Of a stretch of DNA of 64,000 bases, positions 17,356 to 28,288 are shown piece by piece. The stretch covers positions 55,838 to 119,837 of the forward strand of contig JBALDB010000031.1 in assembly GCA_036918135.1 (NCBI GenBank). Reading direction: 5' to 3'. This DNA is from Nostoc sp. GTDB lineage: Bacteria; Cyanobacteriota; Cyanobacteriia; Cyanobacteriales; Nostocaceae. The notes beneath the pieces were generated by a model. The model was given only the letters and a program-made list of their open reading frames with translations. It ran no database searches and had not been told where the DNA came from. The number at the start of each line of letters is the position of its first letter. The stretch's first letter is position 1. Both the position numbers and the translations under genes were made by a program.

Positions 17356-19543
17356 TAGTTATTAATTGCAGTAAATGAGGGTTAGCAATGCGAATTACAG
17401 CTTCAATATCAAGGATTTCTGTAATTTGACCCTGAAATACAGCGCATAAAAGTACACCCGGTCTACTAGGAACACCTGTAATTGTCACTGGTTCTTCCAC
17501 AATGTCAACAATCCGCTCAACCACTAGTCCAACAGTCAGTTCTGAGGAGGGGGAGACAATCACTATTTGCAGGGTATGTGCCACACTTGCCTGAATCAGC
17601 TCCTTAAGGTGATTGTGATGATTATCGGAAAATACTTCGTAGAGGTCAATTAGTGGCAAAATTTTGCCGTAAGACTGTACGACATACTGATTACCCACTT
17701 TCTCTACCGCAGAAGATAGAATCTCTTGGAGCCGAAAAGCAATTGTCAGGGGAATACCCATGCGAGCGCCTTCCGGCCCCTCAAATAATAATATTGTTTG
17801 ACGAGGGATAACTTGGTCTTGGTCTTTTGTAGCGTTTTCAAGTAATAACTGCTGCTTTTTGGCGGTTACACCAGATCGGTTTGCCAGACCAACAACATCA
17901 ATAATTAATGTAACTGTGCCATCCCCTAAAATAGTGGCTCCAGCAAATAAAGATAGCGCCTTTAACTGTTTTCCCAAAGGTTTTACCACAATGTCTTGGA
18001 TGTCTTCAATTGTGTCTACAACCAAGCCAAATTGATAGTTATCGACTTGCAAAATTACCAGACTGAGCATTTCTAAGTTGGTAAAACTATTAGAAATTTG
18101 CAATACTCGATCGAAATAAACCAATGGCACCAGAGTCTCACGCAAGCGGTACACAGGTACATCGTAAAACATCTCAATCCGATGAATTGCTTGTGCTTCT
18201 AAGCGTACTAGCTCTTGGATACTTGCTTGAGGAATAGCATAGCGATCGCTGCCACTGGTGACAATTAATGCTGGCATAATCGCTAAGGTCAGGGGAATCT
18301 TAATTTTGAATGTCGTTCCTTGTCCTTGCTGGCTATTAATTTCAATCGTGCCGTTAATTTTCTCAATATTGCTCTTGACAACATCCATCCCGACTCCACG
18401 CCCAGAAAGCTTTGTCACCTGTGCTGAAGAAGAAAAGCCGGGTAAGAAAATTAAGTTTATCGCTTCTGACTCACTCATGGACGCGGCTTGTACGGCGCTC
18501 GCTAAACCAAGTTGCTGCGCTCGTCCTTTAAGTTTTTCGACATCGATTCCCCGTCCATCATCGCCAATTTCAATATTGACTTTGCCGCTCTGGTGAAAAG
18601 CTTTGAGAAATAACCGTCCCACAGTTGGCTTTCCACAAGCTATCCGCTCAGCTGGTGACTCAATGCCATGAGCTATACAGTTGCGTACCAAGTGAGTCAA
18701 GGGGTCTTTAATAGCTTCAATAATACTTTTATCTAGTTCGGTATCTACTCCCTCCATGTCAAGCTTCACTTGTTTACCAGAAGCGATCGCCAAATCTCGC
18801 GTCACGCGAGGAAACTTTTGCCAAATGGTATTAATTGATTGCAGCCGAGTTTTCACAATCTCTTCCTGCAACTGGGATGTTAAAAGACTTAGGTGTTGGC
18901 AAGTGGCAATAAAGCTACTATCCTTAAATTTTGTACTCAAGGCGATCGCCTGATTACGGGTTAAAACGAGTTCGCCCACCAGATTCATCACCCGATCTAG
19001 TAGGTTAACATTGACTCGGATAAAAGTAGATTCCGATGCTGTCAGGGTTGAGACTTCCGGGAATTCGCAATCGAAATCGACTTCACTATTTGTAGTATCT
19101 AAATTCGGTTGTGAGGCTTGCGTATTCACCGCAGATGCAAGCGTTGGCTGCTCGGCTGACTGTAATTGAGTTAAAGTTTTAATCAGCGCTGAATAATCGC
19201 GATCGCCCTCATACTTAGTCGCTTCAATTTGGGACAGAATCTCTCGAACGCTGTCAAGTAATTGCAGTAGCGCGTTAACGATGGCGGGGGTAATTGCTAA
19301 CTGACCACTGCGTAAAGATGAGAGCAAATTCTCCCCTGCATGAGCAAGTGATTCTAATTTAGGAAATGGTAAAAAGCCGCAGTTTCCTTTAATTGTATGG
19401 AGTGAGCGATAAATCCGAACTAACGCTTCTTTTTGTGCTGATACTTTTTCTAGTTCGAGAATATCTTGTTCAATTTGATTCAAATTTTCATAGCTTTCAA
19501 TCAGGAATGCTTCTATATCATCGTTAATTTCAGTTAACTCCAT
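17348..19543 (-). CDS. cheA: CheA histidine kinase with two CheW-like domains
   Basis: HPt RSLHTIKG, HLVRNCIAHGIE, DDGRGID, SGRGVGMDVV; P5 domain plus a second C-terminal CheW-like domain; no REC. Confidence 0.95.
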   Translation of the reverse strand: MELTEINDDIEAFLIESYENLNQIEQDILELEKVSAQKEALVRIYRSLHTIKGNCGFLPFPKLESLAHAGENLLSSLRSGQLAITPAIVNALLQLLDSVREILSQIEATKYEGDRDYSALIKTLTQLQSAEQPTLASAVNTQASQPNLDTTNSEVDFDCEFPEVSTLTASESTFIRVNVNLLDRVMNLVGELVLTRNQAIALSTKFKDSSFIATCQHLSLLTSQLQEEIVKTRLQSINTIWQKFPRVTRDLAIASGKQVKLDMEGVDTELDKSIIEAIKDPLTHLVRNCIAHGIESPAERIACGKPTVGRLFLKAFHQSGKVNIEIGDDGRGIDVEKLKGRAQQLGLASAVQAASMSESEAINLIFLPGFSSSAQVTKLSGRGVGMDVVKSNIEKINGTIEINSQQGQGTTFKIKIPLTLAIMPALIVTSGSDRYAIPQASIQELVRLEAQAIHRIEMFYDVPVYRLRETLVPLVYFDRVLQISNSFTNLEMLSLVILQVDNYQFGLVVDTIEDIQDIVVKPLGKQLKALSLFAGATILGDGTVTLIIDVVGLANRSGVTAKKQQLLLENATKDQDQVIPRQTILLFEGPEGARMGIPLTIAFRLQEILSSAVEKVGNQYVVQSYGKILPLIDLYEVFSDNHHNHLKELIQASVAHTLQIVIVSPSSELTVGLVVERIVDIVEEPVTITGVPSRPGVLLCAVFQGQITEILDIEAVIRIANPHLLQLITNE

Positions 19544-20126
19544 TGCCTTATCGGTTAAAAATTATATTTTTTGTCTTCGTGTTAATTTAATTTTTTTATT
19601 TCACCAATCTACTAATTTTAGATAATATTTAGATTTTTGATGCTCAAAAGATAATGTTATTGTAATGCTAAAATAATCAATATGCAATGTCCTCGTTGGT
19701 ATGCAACTCCTACTTTCAAGAATGGTTTTCCTTAATGCAAACAATGTTACAAATGTAAACAAGGCGATCGTCAGTTCCTCGAATATTATTGACTTTAATG
19801 CTACTCAACCAATGTCAAGCAATTATGTCTCAAGATGTATGTAAAAGGTATGAGTTTGGCAAAAATCGAGGGAGTAATAGATAGACCACGCTATAATTTT
19901 GCATTGACTTGGTCTAGCTAGGATTGATTTAGATGAAATTTAAAATACTTAATTGTTTTTATCTATACTATATATTATTTAACGTCCGGCAAGAAATTAT
20001 TTATTAAATATTTTTAAATTGATAAACGAGATGAAATTATTTTAGAGTAAAAATGTCATTTGATTAAATATATTATCTGACTGACATTAATCAACAATTC
20101 TTGACCTAAAACATCAAAGGGTACAG

Positions 20127-20495
20127 ATGACAACATTGGTTTTGATTATTGACGATGCAGCCTTTTCTCGCAGAATGATCCGAAAATTTCTGCAAGTAGA
20201 TGGTTACGAATTTCTAGAAGCAACTAATGGGCGTGAGGGATTAGAATTAGTTCAGAAGCACAAGCCAAATTGTGTGTTAGTCGATCTACTCATGCCAGAG
20301 ATGAATGGGTTTGAATTTCTCCAGGCTCTACAAGATGAAGAATTAAAAATTCCCACAATTATCATCTCAGCTGATATCCAAGAAGGGGCACGCAATCAAA
20401 GTTATAGTCTGGGGGCAGCTAACTTTATTAATAAACCACCAAAAGAAAATGAATTGCGAACAGCAGTCCAGCAAGTTGTTAATACTAAGGAATAA
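20127..20495 (+). CDS. CheY-like single-domain response regulator
   Basis: IIDD, VDLLMPEMNG, ISAD, FINKP. Confidence 0.9.
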   Translation: MTTLVLIIDDAAFSRRMIRKFLQVDGYEFLEATNGREGLELVQKHKPNCVLVDLLMPEMNGFEFLQALQDEELKIPTIIISADIQEGARNQSYSLGAANFINKPPKENELRTAVQQVVNTKE

Positions 20496-20501
20496 GTTTA
20501 G

Positions 20502-21107
20502 ATGAATGTAACAACAGAACAACTTGATGCGCTGCAAGAGTTGATTAATATTGGAGTTGGTCGAGCAGCAAGTCTACTAAATGAGATGATAGATTCTCAT
20601 ATCGGTCTGAAAATTCCATTTGTGAAAGTATTAACTGCCACTGAAGCTTATCAGGAATTAGCTACACGATTTCATGATGATAGCTTGGCATCAGTAAGAC
20701 TAGGCTTTACAGGCTCTTTTTCTGGTGGTGCTGGTTTAATTTTTCCTACTGAGAGTGCATCAACACTAGTTGCAGTGCTTACAGGTGAAGAACCAGGATC
20801 GCCCGATCTAGATGCGGTAAAAATTGGCACTTTGAGCGAGATTGGTAACATTGTAATTAATGGAGTAATGGGTTCGCTCAGTAATGTACTCAAACAGCAT
20901 CTTAACTATACAATACCTGTTTACTTAGAAGATACAATTGAAAACTTGTTATTATCTACGTATGAAAGCGATTCTAAAATCTTGCTGGCACAAGCTCGAT
21001 TTATCATTGAACAATTAGAAATTATCGGAGATATTATTTTAATATTTCATGTCGGCACCTTTGATGCACTAATCGATGCAATTAATCAGGAAATGGCAGT
21101 AATGTAA
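20502..21107 (+). CDS. cheC: CheC-family phosphatase
   Basis: DALQELINIGVGRAA and LSEIGNIVIN (two ExxN motifs). Confidence 0.85.
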   Translation: MNVTTEQLDALQELINIGVGRAASLLNEMIDSHIGLKIPFVKVLTATEAYQELATRFHDDSLASVRLGFTGSFSGGAGLIFPTESASTLVAVLTGEEPGSPDLDAVKIGTLSEIGNIVINGVMGSLSNVLKQHLNYTIPVYLEDTIENLLLSTYESDSKILLAQARFIIEQLEIIGDIILIFHVGTFDALIDAINQEMAVM

Positions 21108-21161
21108 TAAATATATTATAAATGGACTGGATAAAAATATTGAAACAATCTGTTCAAACTA

Positions 21162-22778
21162 ATGAATATTATAGAACAAGCTAATGAACAATTTAAACTT
21201 TTAGATAAAATTCCTATAGGAGCTTTTGTTATCCAGTCAGATTACAGTGTCATATTTTGGAACTGCTGTTTAGAGGAATGGACAAAAATTTCTAGGAGTA
21301 AAATTTTAGGAAATTCTATTTATGAATATTTTCCTCATCTGAATCACCCTCGTTATACTAGTCGCTTAGATCAAGTTTTTCAAGGTGGGCCTCCGGCAAT
21401 TTTTTCTTCTCAATTGCATCAATATGTTATTCCTGTAGCGCTATCTCCAAACAAATATCGCATTCAGCACACAACCGTAACTGCTGTGTCTGCATTCGAG
21501 GAAAATAAGTTTTATGCCCTTTTTTCAATTGAGGATTTCACAGATTTAACTTTTCGAGTCCAAGAATATAAAAACTTACGAGACCAAGCATTAGCAATAG
21601 CCCAAGAGCGGCAGAAAGCGCAACAAGCAGCTGAGGTAGCAAACCGGATCAAAGATGAATTTTTGGCAATTGTTTCTCACGAACTTCGTTCTCCTCTTAA
21701 TCCAATTTTGGGTTGGGCAAAGCTACTGAAAAACCGCTCATTAAACGAAGCTACTACTGCGCGTGCCATTGACACAATCGAGCGCAATGCTGTACTACAG
21801 GCTCAGTTGATTGAAGACCTATTGGATATCTCGCGCATTCTCCGAGGCAAACTAGCACTTAATTTAGAAACCGTTAATCTTGCTTTTACTATTGAAGCTG
21901 CGTTAGAGACAGTGCAATTGGCAGCAGAAGCAAAGTCTATTCAAATAAATCTTCATCTAGATCTAGGAATTGGACAAGTTAGAGGTGATAGTAGTCGTCT
22001 TCAACAAGTTGTTTGGAATTTACTCTCTAACGCCATTAAATTTACACCATCCGGTGGACAAGTTGATGTCTATTTAGAGCAAACAGATTCTCAGATACAA
22101 CTGAGAGTCTGCGATACAGGTAAAGGTATTAATCCTGATTTTCTGCCACATGTGTTCGAGTATTTCCGTCAGGCAGATAGTAGCACAAGCCGAAGTTCAG
22201 GCGGATTAGGACTTGGTTTAGCGATTGTGCGTCAACTTGTGGAGTTACATGGCGGTAGAGTTTGGGCACAAAGCCCAGGTGAAGGGCAAGGCGCGACATT
22301 TACAGTTTCTCTACCAGTGATGCAGCAGAGCGTGGAATTAAAAATGGAAGATCGGAGCATAGCTGACGATTCCTATCCATTGGGTATGCTTTATGCTCCA
22401 CTACAAGGGGTACGCTTGTTAGTTGTGGATGATGATGCTGATACGCGGGAGTTTGTTACTTTTTTATTAGAAGAGCAAGGAGCGATCGTCACCAGTGCAG
22501 CATCCGCGGGCGAAGCACTCTCTTTAATAGTACAGTCAAAACCAGATCTGCTGTTGAGCGATCTGGGTATGCCAAAAGTTGATGGCTACACTTTGATTAA
22601 AAAATTACGATCGCTGCCTGCTCATCAGGGCGGACAGATTCCGGCGATCGCCCTAACTGCTTACGCCGCAGAAACTACCCAAAAACAGGTTTTAACAGCT
22701 GGATTTCAACTCCATATCACTAAACCAGTTGACCCGGCAAAACTAGTGGCTGCAATTGCAGCACTTGTTCAGACTTGA
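21162..22778 (+). CDS. PAS-HisKA-HATPase-REC hybrid histidine kinase
   Basis: SHELRSPLN, NLLSNAIKFT, GLGLGL and a C-terminal receiver domain. Confidence 0.93.
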   Translation: MNIIEQANEQFKLLDKIPIGAFVIQSDYSVIFWNCCLEEWTKISRSKILGNSIYEYFPHLNHPRYTSRLDQVFQGGPPAIFSSQLHQYVIPVALSPNKYRIQHTTVTAVSAFEENKFYALFSIEDFTDLTFRVQEYKNLRDQALAIAQERQKAQQAAEVANRIKDEFLAIVSHELRSPLNPILGWAKLLKNRSLNEATTARAIDTIERNAVLQAQLIEDLLDISRILRGKLALNLETVNLAFTIEAALETVQLAAEAKSIQINLHLDLGIGQVRGDSSRLQQVVWNLLSNAIKFTPSGGQVDVYLEQTDSQIQLRVCDTGKGINPDFLPHVFEYFRQADSSTSRSSGGLGLGLAIVRQLVELHGGRVWAQSPGEGQGATFTVSLPVMQQSVELKMEDRSIADDSYPLGMLYAPLQGVRLLVVDDDADTREFVTFLLEEQGAIVTSAASAGEALSLIVQSKPDLLLSDLGMPKVDGYTLIKKLRSLPAHQGGQIPAIALTAYAAETTQKQVLTAGFQLHITKPVDPAKLVAAIAALVQT

Positions 22779-23072
22779 CTTGTTAAGGGAACTCCAACAA
22801 ATAAATTATCTTGTTTGAAGTTGATGACTGATGAGCGATGACTGTGAACAGTGAGATATTTTTTTATTCATAGCCGTAGTCATACAGGTTAGGACATAGT
22901 AACAAGCGTAAATGTCAGGAAGCAGTAATATTTTTGCCTCCTGCTATATTGTTAATAAAAAAAACGGAGCAACTCTGGAAAATACCAGAATCACCCCGAA
23001 TTTTTTAACTTAGAGTAAGGAATTGTTCTTAAGTTCTAACTCCTAACTTCTAATTCCTAACTTGTGATTTAA

Positions 23073-24914
23073 TTAAGCAAACGCAGCAGTTTTCACATCG
23101 TTATTTGCAAGAATTTCTTGTAATTCTTCGGCATCTACTGTTTCTTTATCAACCAACATTTGCGCTAATTGATCTAAAATCTTGCGGTTGCCTACTAACA
23201 CTTCTTTAGCGCGGGTATAAGCTACATCCACAAGTTTGCGGACTTCTTCATCAATGGCAGCAGCGGTTTCTTCAGAAAAATCACGCTCTGACATGATATC
23301 TCGTCCCAGGAACATGTTACCTTGTTGACGACCGAGGGCGACTGGGCCAAGTTTATCGCTCATGCCAAATCGGGTAATCATTTGACGAGCAACACGGGCT
23401 ACTTGTTGCAAGTCGTTGGAAGCACCAGTGGTAACTTCTTCTTCACCAAAGATTAATTCTTCGGCGAGGCGACCACCCAAAGCCACAGCCATCTGATTTT
23501 CTAGATAAGCGCGGCTGTACAAACCAGTGTCCATGCGGTCTTCACTGGGAGTAAACCAAGTTAAACCACCCGCACGACCACGAGGAATGATGCTAATTTT
23601 TTGTACAGGGTCATAGTCGGGCATTAAAGCACCAACTAAGGCGTGACCGGCTTCGTGATATGCTACCAAGGTTTTGCGCTTTTCGCTCATTACCCGGTCT
23701 TTCTTCTCTGGGCCAGCTAATACGCGGTCGATCGCATCGTTGATTTCATCCATTGAAATCTCAGTTAAATTCCGCCGTGCTGCCAAAATTGCGGCTTCAT
23801 TCAACAAGTTAGATAAATCTGCACCGGTAAATCCAGGGGTACGACGGGCGATTTTATCTAAATCCACATCTTTCGCCAAGGTCTTGCCACGGGCATGTAC
23901 CTTGAGGATTTCGCTGCGTCCAGAATAGTCGGGACGGTCTACTACCACTTGACGGTCAAAGCGACCCGGACGCAACAGTGCTGCATCTAGAACGTCGGGA
24001 CGGTTAGTAGCAGCGATAATGATTATACCGGTGTTACCTTCAAAGCCGTCCATTTCTGTGAGCAGCTGGTTGAGGGTTTGTTCGCGTTCATCGTTTCCAC
24101 CACCTAAACCTGCACCCCGTTGACGACCTACGGCGTCAATTTCATCGATGAAGACGATACAAGGAGCATTGGATTTGGCTTGTTCAAATAAGTCGCGGAC
24201 GCGGGATGCACCTACACCCACGAACATTTCGACAAATTCCGAACCGGAGATTGAGAAGAAAGGTACACCCGCTTCACCAGCTACGGCACGAGCCAGGAGG
24301 GTTTTACCTGTACCAGGAGGGCCAACTAACAGCACACCTTTAGGAATTTTTGCACCAACAGCGGTAAAGCGATCGGCGTTTTTGAGAAAGTCTACGACTT
24401 CGTTTAATTCCAACTTGGCTTGGTCAATACCAGCGACATCACCAAATGTTACCTGAGTTTGGGGTTCCATTTGCACTCTGGCTTTAGATTTGCCAAAGTT
24501 CATGGCTTGGCTACCGGGGCCACTTTGAGCGCGACGTAGCAACAAGAATAAGCCAACCAAAAGCAATACAGGAAAAAATAAGCTGCTGAGTGCCTTAAAC
24601 CAAAATCCTTCATCGGTTTGCGGCAAAACAGAAATATCAACGCCTTTTGATGTCAGAGTATTAATTAATTCTGGGTCGTTAACTAGGGTTACCACCCGTT
24701 TATTTTGGTCATATTTAGGTGTAACCAGTGCCCTAGAACGGTCTGCACTCAAACTGACTTTTTCTACTCTGCCTTGTTCAACTTCTTGAATAAACTTACT
24801 GTATCGCCATGTCTCTGTACTTTGGGGTTGTTTGTCAAAAAATGCTGTCCCCAGGGCAATGACAACAATAAATAGCAGCGCGTACAGCCCTGCGTTTCTC
24901 CATCTTTTATTCAC
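23073..24914 (-). CDS. ftsH3: ATP-dependent zinc metalloprotease FtsH (FtsH3 type)
   Basis: N-terminus [10 protein letters not shown] typical of FtsH3; [19 protein letters not shown]. Confidence 0.93.
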   Translation of the reverse strand: MNKRWRNAGLYALLFIVVIALGTAFFDKQPQSTETWRYSKFIQEVEQGRVEKVSLSADRSRALVTPKYDQNKRVVTLVNDPELINTLTSKGVDISVLPQTDEGFWFKALSSLFFPVLLLVGLFLLLRRAQSGPGSQAMNFGKSKARVQMEPQTQVTFGDVAGIDQAKLELNEVVDFLKNADRFTAVGAKIPKGVLLVGPPGTGKTLLARAVAGEAGVPFFSISGSEFVEMFVGVGASRVRDLFEQAKSNAPCIVFIDEIDAVGRQRGAGLGGGNDEREQTLNQLLTEMDGFEGNTGIIIIAATNRPDVLDAALLRPGRFDRQVVVDRPDYSGRSEILKVHARGKTLAKDVDLDKIARRTPGFTGADLSNLLNEAAILAARRNLTEISMDEINDAIDRVLAGPEKKDRVMSEKRKTLVAYHEAGHALVGALMPDYDPVQKISIIPRGRAGGLTWFTPSEDRMDTGLYSRAYLENQMAVALGGRLAEELIFGEEEVTTGASNDLQQVARVARQMITRFGMSDKLGPVALGRQQGNMFLGRDIMSERDFSEETAAAIDEEVRKLVDVAYTRAKEVLVGNRKILDQLAQMLVDKETVDAEELQEILANNDVKTAAFA

Positions 24915-25030
24915 TAAGGTCTATCCTCCTGTATTTTTTGCGCCATCGCGTAGCGTCTGTGAGCGGAGAGTCATTATTAAGAATTATGTTAACTTATTTT
25001 AAGATATAACAAAACGACATGACTGTGATG

Positions 25031-25837
25031 CTAAAAAAGCCCCCTTATTTGCTGAAAATTAGGATGGTGAGGATTATATTGTAGCGATCCTGTTGGCTGA
25101 TAAACGGTATGAATGGGGATCATCTCTACCACACTATTAGTGTAGGCGATCGCTTCAAATCTTTCGACTAGCTCTGGACTCCAAGGTGCTTCCTGCATGG
25201 GCTGTTGCTGGTTTTGCAACCAATTTACAAGTTGCGATTGCAAAATTCCCGGCAAAATTCCGGCCTTTATTGGCGGTGTCCACCAACTACTATCACACCA
25301 CCCCAAGAGGTTACCTGTAGTAGTTTCTAACCAATTTCCAATAGTATCCACTAATATTGCTTCTTGAGCGTCGGAGCTAGTTTTTGCTAACCAAGCACTC
25401 AGGTAATTTCCAGTTTTATGAGAAGGAAGAGAACGAAAAAATTCTGAACTAGCAACGGCGCATGATACACCATTCTTTTGTTTTTCTGTCAAATCTGGTG
25501 GTAAGAATCTGCCAGTTATCCACTCTCGTCCATCAGGAAATAGGGTAATTCTGAGAACGGGAAACTGTGGGAGGAGAACTTGGGCACCTTGGCGGACACG
25601 CTTCCAATCAGGTTGTTGCCAACCAAAAGATTGGATTGAGAAAAGTAGGCGATCGCAATGTGCTTGCCAATTGGTTAAATTATTATCTAAGGAGTTCTGA
25701 TAAACTCTTAGCGTTGTAAAAACAGTCGCTCCATAAAGTAAACCCGGATCGTTAATGTTTAATTCCAGAATTTGCGAGTGAATTAATTTACCGTCATACC
25801 AAAAAATGTCATTTTTCTCACTCATTTTACTTATCAC
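25031..25837 (-). CDS. Class IV aminotransferase (4-amino-4-deoxychorismate lyase-like)
   Basis: GLLYGATVFTT, HCDRL, HKTGNY, ETTTGN, ILPGI. Confidence 0.85.
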   Translation of the reverse strand: MISKMSEKNDIFWYDGKLIHSQILELNINDPGLLYGATVFTTLRVYQNSLDNNLTNWQAHCDRLLFSIQSFGWQQPDWKRVRQGAQVLLPQFPVLRITLFPDGREWITGRFLPPDLTEKQKNGVSCAVASSEFFRSLPSHKTGNYLSAWLAKTSSDAQEAILVDTIGNWLETTTGNLLGWCDSSWWTPPIKAGILPGILQSQLVNWLQNQQQPMQEAPWSPELVERFEAIAYTNSVVEMIPIHTVYQPTGSLQYNPHHPNFQQIRGLF

Positions 25838-26256
25838 TACAACTCTATTGAAAAGTGATGACTTCTAATGCTCATGCGCTGCATGAGATAAAATCTGTGA
25901 GCTGCAAATCGCTGAACACCAGAATCAAGACTCAACTGTTGGCAGGAGTTATTTCTTGCATATTCAACTAGCCACTGAAATAACTGTTGACCATAGTTCT
26001 GTGACCGCTTCAATTCATCGACAACTAAATCATCAATATATAAAAATTTACCCGATGCTAAACATGTATAAATACGAAATCCAGCAACTGCGACAGTTCG
26101 CTCGTCTATTTCCAAGAATGCAATTTTATATCCTTCTTTCATCTGATATCGAATTTGTTCTATAAACTTAGCCTGCTCAAGGTGAGGGCGCAACTGAGAC
26201 ATAACAGAAAAACACCCTAATATTTGAAAATCAGATTCTGCTAATTGTATCGACAC
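25837..26256 (-). CDS. GNAT N-acetyltransferase
   Basis: LYIDDLVVDELKRSQNYG, LDSGVQRFAAHRFY. Confidence 0.9.
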   Translation of the reverse strand: MSIQLAESDFQILGCFSVMSQLRPHLEQAKFIEQIRYQMKEGYKIAFLEIDERTVAVAGFRIYTCLASGKFLYIDDLVVDELKRSQNYGQQLFQWLVEYARNNSCQQLSLDSGVQRFAAHRFYLMQRMSIRSHHFSIEL

Positions 26257-26361
26257 CGCTATTGCCCTTAAAGATATTATGTATTTTCTTTATCAGCTAC
26301 GATAGCTTCGGAATTTTACAATAGTTTATTTCTCTTGCAACAAATCGCTATTAAGAATAAT

Positions 26362-27147
26362 TTAATCTTTTGGGGGAAATGCAATTTTATAATTTCCTTC
26401 AGGAGTTTTAATTATTTTTCCCCCTAAAGCTTCGATTTCACCAATTGCACGTTTGCGAGTTTTTTCATCAACTTGATTATTTAGTACTATTGCCCATGTA
26501 GCAATTTGAGCATATTTACTATTAGGATTTCGACTGAGAAATTCAGCAGTTCTTTGAGAACTAGCAGCTACAAACTGACTTTCTTCATCTGAAAAATTTT
26601 TTGCCCAATTTGCTGCTGTTGCAAAAGATTGTTCGGCAGCTTTAGGATTGCCTAAAAATAACAACTCATCAGTTCCTTTATAACGCCAAATGTAATAAGA
26701 CTTTTCTGGAACCCAAGGAGACAGCGATTTTAAGCCTTTTTCTGACAACGCGATCGCCCGTTCCGGCATGGCAGCGTACAATGAAGTACTAATCGAAAGA
26801 CCTCGATAGGCTGCTAAAAATCGGGGATCGCGTTCTAGAATTACTTCAAAATATTCTGGACTTAAACTATAACCTGTTTTATCCCGGACTTCATCATCTC
26901 CGAAATATTGTAAAAAACTGAGATATACCAAATCTGCAACAAAATTATCATAACTAAAACTAGGCATTTTCTTAAGAAAATTAAGACGGATATTTTCTTT
27001 TTTAATATCTTTATTTAGAGTTTCTAAAGAGGCAGTTTGTTTGCTAATTAGCAGTTTTTGCAGTCGAGAAAATTGAAGTAAGCTAACTCCTAAGATACAT
27101 ACACAAGCTACTAAAGATGTAGCAAAAGCTTGACGAGATAACAACAT
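26362..27147 (-). CDS. Membrane-anchored helical (TPR-like) hypothetical protein
   Basis: N-terminal TM; FLQYFGD...GYSLSPEYFEVILERDPRF. Confidence 0.75.
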   Translation of the reverse strand: MLLSRQAFATSLVACVCILGVSLLQFSRLQKLLISKQTASLETLNKDIKKENIRLNFLKKMPSFSYDNFVADLVYLSFLQYFGDDEVRDKTGYSLSPEYFEVILERDPRFLAAYRGLSISTSLYAAMPERAIALSEKGLKSLSPWVPEKSYYIWRYKGTDELLFLGNPKAAEQSFATAANWAKNFSDEESQFVAASSQRTAEFLSRNPNSKYAQIATWAIVLNNQVDEKTRKRAIGEIEALGGKIIKTPEGNYKIAFPPKD

Positions 27148-27679
27148 ATTTTTCTTATCTTTCTCAGGGTAATCACATTATTGTATACATAGTGGCATAA
27201 GAAATGTCAGCCAACACCCGCGCGTCTACGCTTTGGCAGATAAAACAAAAAACACGTTGACTAAAATAAATTATTTTAAAAGTAGTAGTATTTTATACTT
27301 ATAAATTATTATTTGCTCTGAGATTTGTAAATTTATTTATCTGCAAGTATGAGTTAATTTATACTAAATATAATAAAATACGCAAAACTTAATTAAATAA
27401 TTCTTTTAGAATCACACCACTTAGGAGAATGGGGCGATCGCTTACTAGAGTACTACATTCACTGCAACTTAGTGGCTGCAAAATCTCAAATAGTATTATT
27501 CTTTCTTTAAGAGAAAATTGGCTGAGGAAAATCATAACTTTACTTTTATTTATAAAAACTTCTTCAATAATTAAGTTGTTTTGACTTTAGTTACTTTTAT
27601 GATCTAAAAGGCTTAAAAGTTTTGCCATCAACTAAAATTGTATTTTGTTTGGATATAAATTTATAACTTCTAAAATATT

Positions 27680-28186
27680 ATGGTAAATACTAATCTTAAC
27701 GAAAACACACAAAGTAATGGTCAATCTAGCGAAAATGGGGAAAATAATAGTCAACTTAGTAAGCCAAGTAGTGAATTTAAAAGAAAAGTTCAGAAACTAA
27801 ATACTAAAGGAGAAGGATTCAATATTGATGACGTTATTGATACTATTAAAACAGCAATAGTTGAAGTTGTAGAGTTAGAAATTACCACTTGGGTTCCAGA
27901 GTCTTCTAATCAGCTTGAAGAAATAAAAGGTCAACAAATTGCTCAACCAGGTAATCGAATGTATACCGTAATTAATTTAATTGATGGTGATATAAATAAT
28001 GAGGTTGGTAGTCAATTTATTGGTAGTGGCGCATATACAGAACTTCGTGAGTTTCATCTAACTCAAATAAAAGAAAGTCGAGAAATTATGCAAAAGAATA
28101 TAGAAAGTTTGCATAAATTATATGAATTTTTTGTAGAAATTATTAAATCTCGTAAAACTTCACAACAATCATTACCACGTATATAG
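27680..28186 (+). CDS. Hypothetical protein (shares motifs with the next gene)
   Basis: 168 aa; ELEITTWV...YTVINLIDGDI...FH. Confidence 0.78.
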   Translation: MVNTNLNENTQSNGQSSENGENNSQLSKPSSEFKRKVQKLNTKGEGFNIDDVIDTIKTAIVEVVELEITTWVPESSNQLEEIKGQQIAQPGNRMYTVINLIDGDINNEVGSQFIGSGAYTELREFHLTQIKESREIMQKNIESLHKLYEFFVEIIKSRKTSQQSLPRI

Positions 28187-28288
28187 TAACTGTTATTTAT
28201 TAATAGTTACACTAAAATGCTTACAACATAGGAACCTATCCAAACCTGTAAATTAACTTGCTTTAGATAAATCAAGTAAATTATTACT

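Noticed and set aside
22785..22950. Possible MITE remnants between the hybrid kinase and ftsH
   Set aside because: The ends are too degenerate to delimit by eye.
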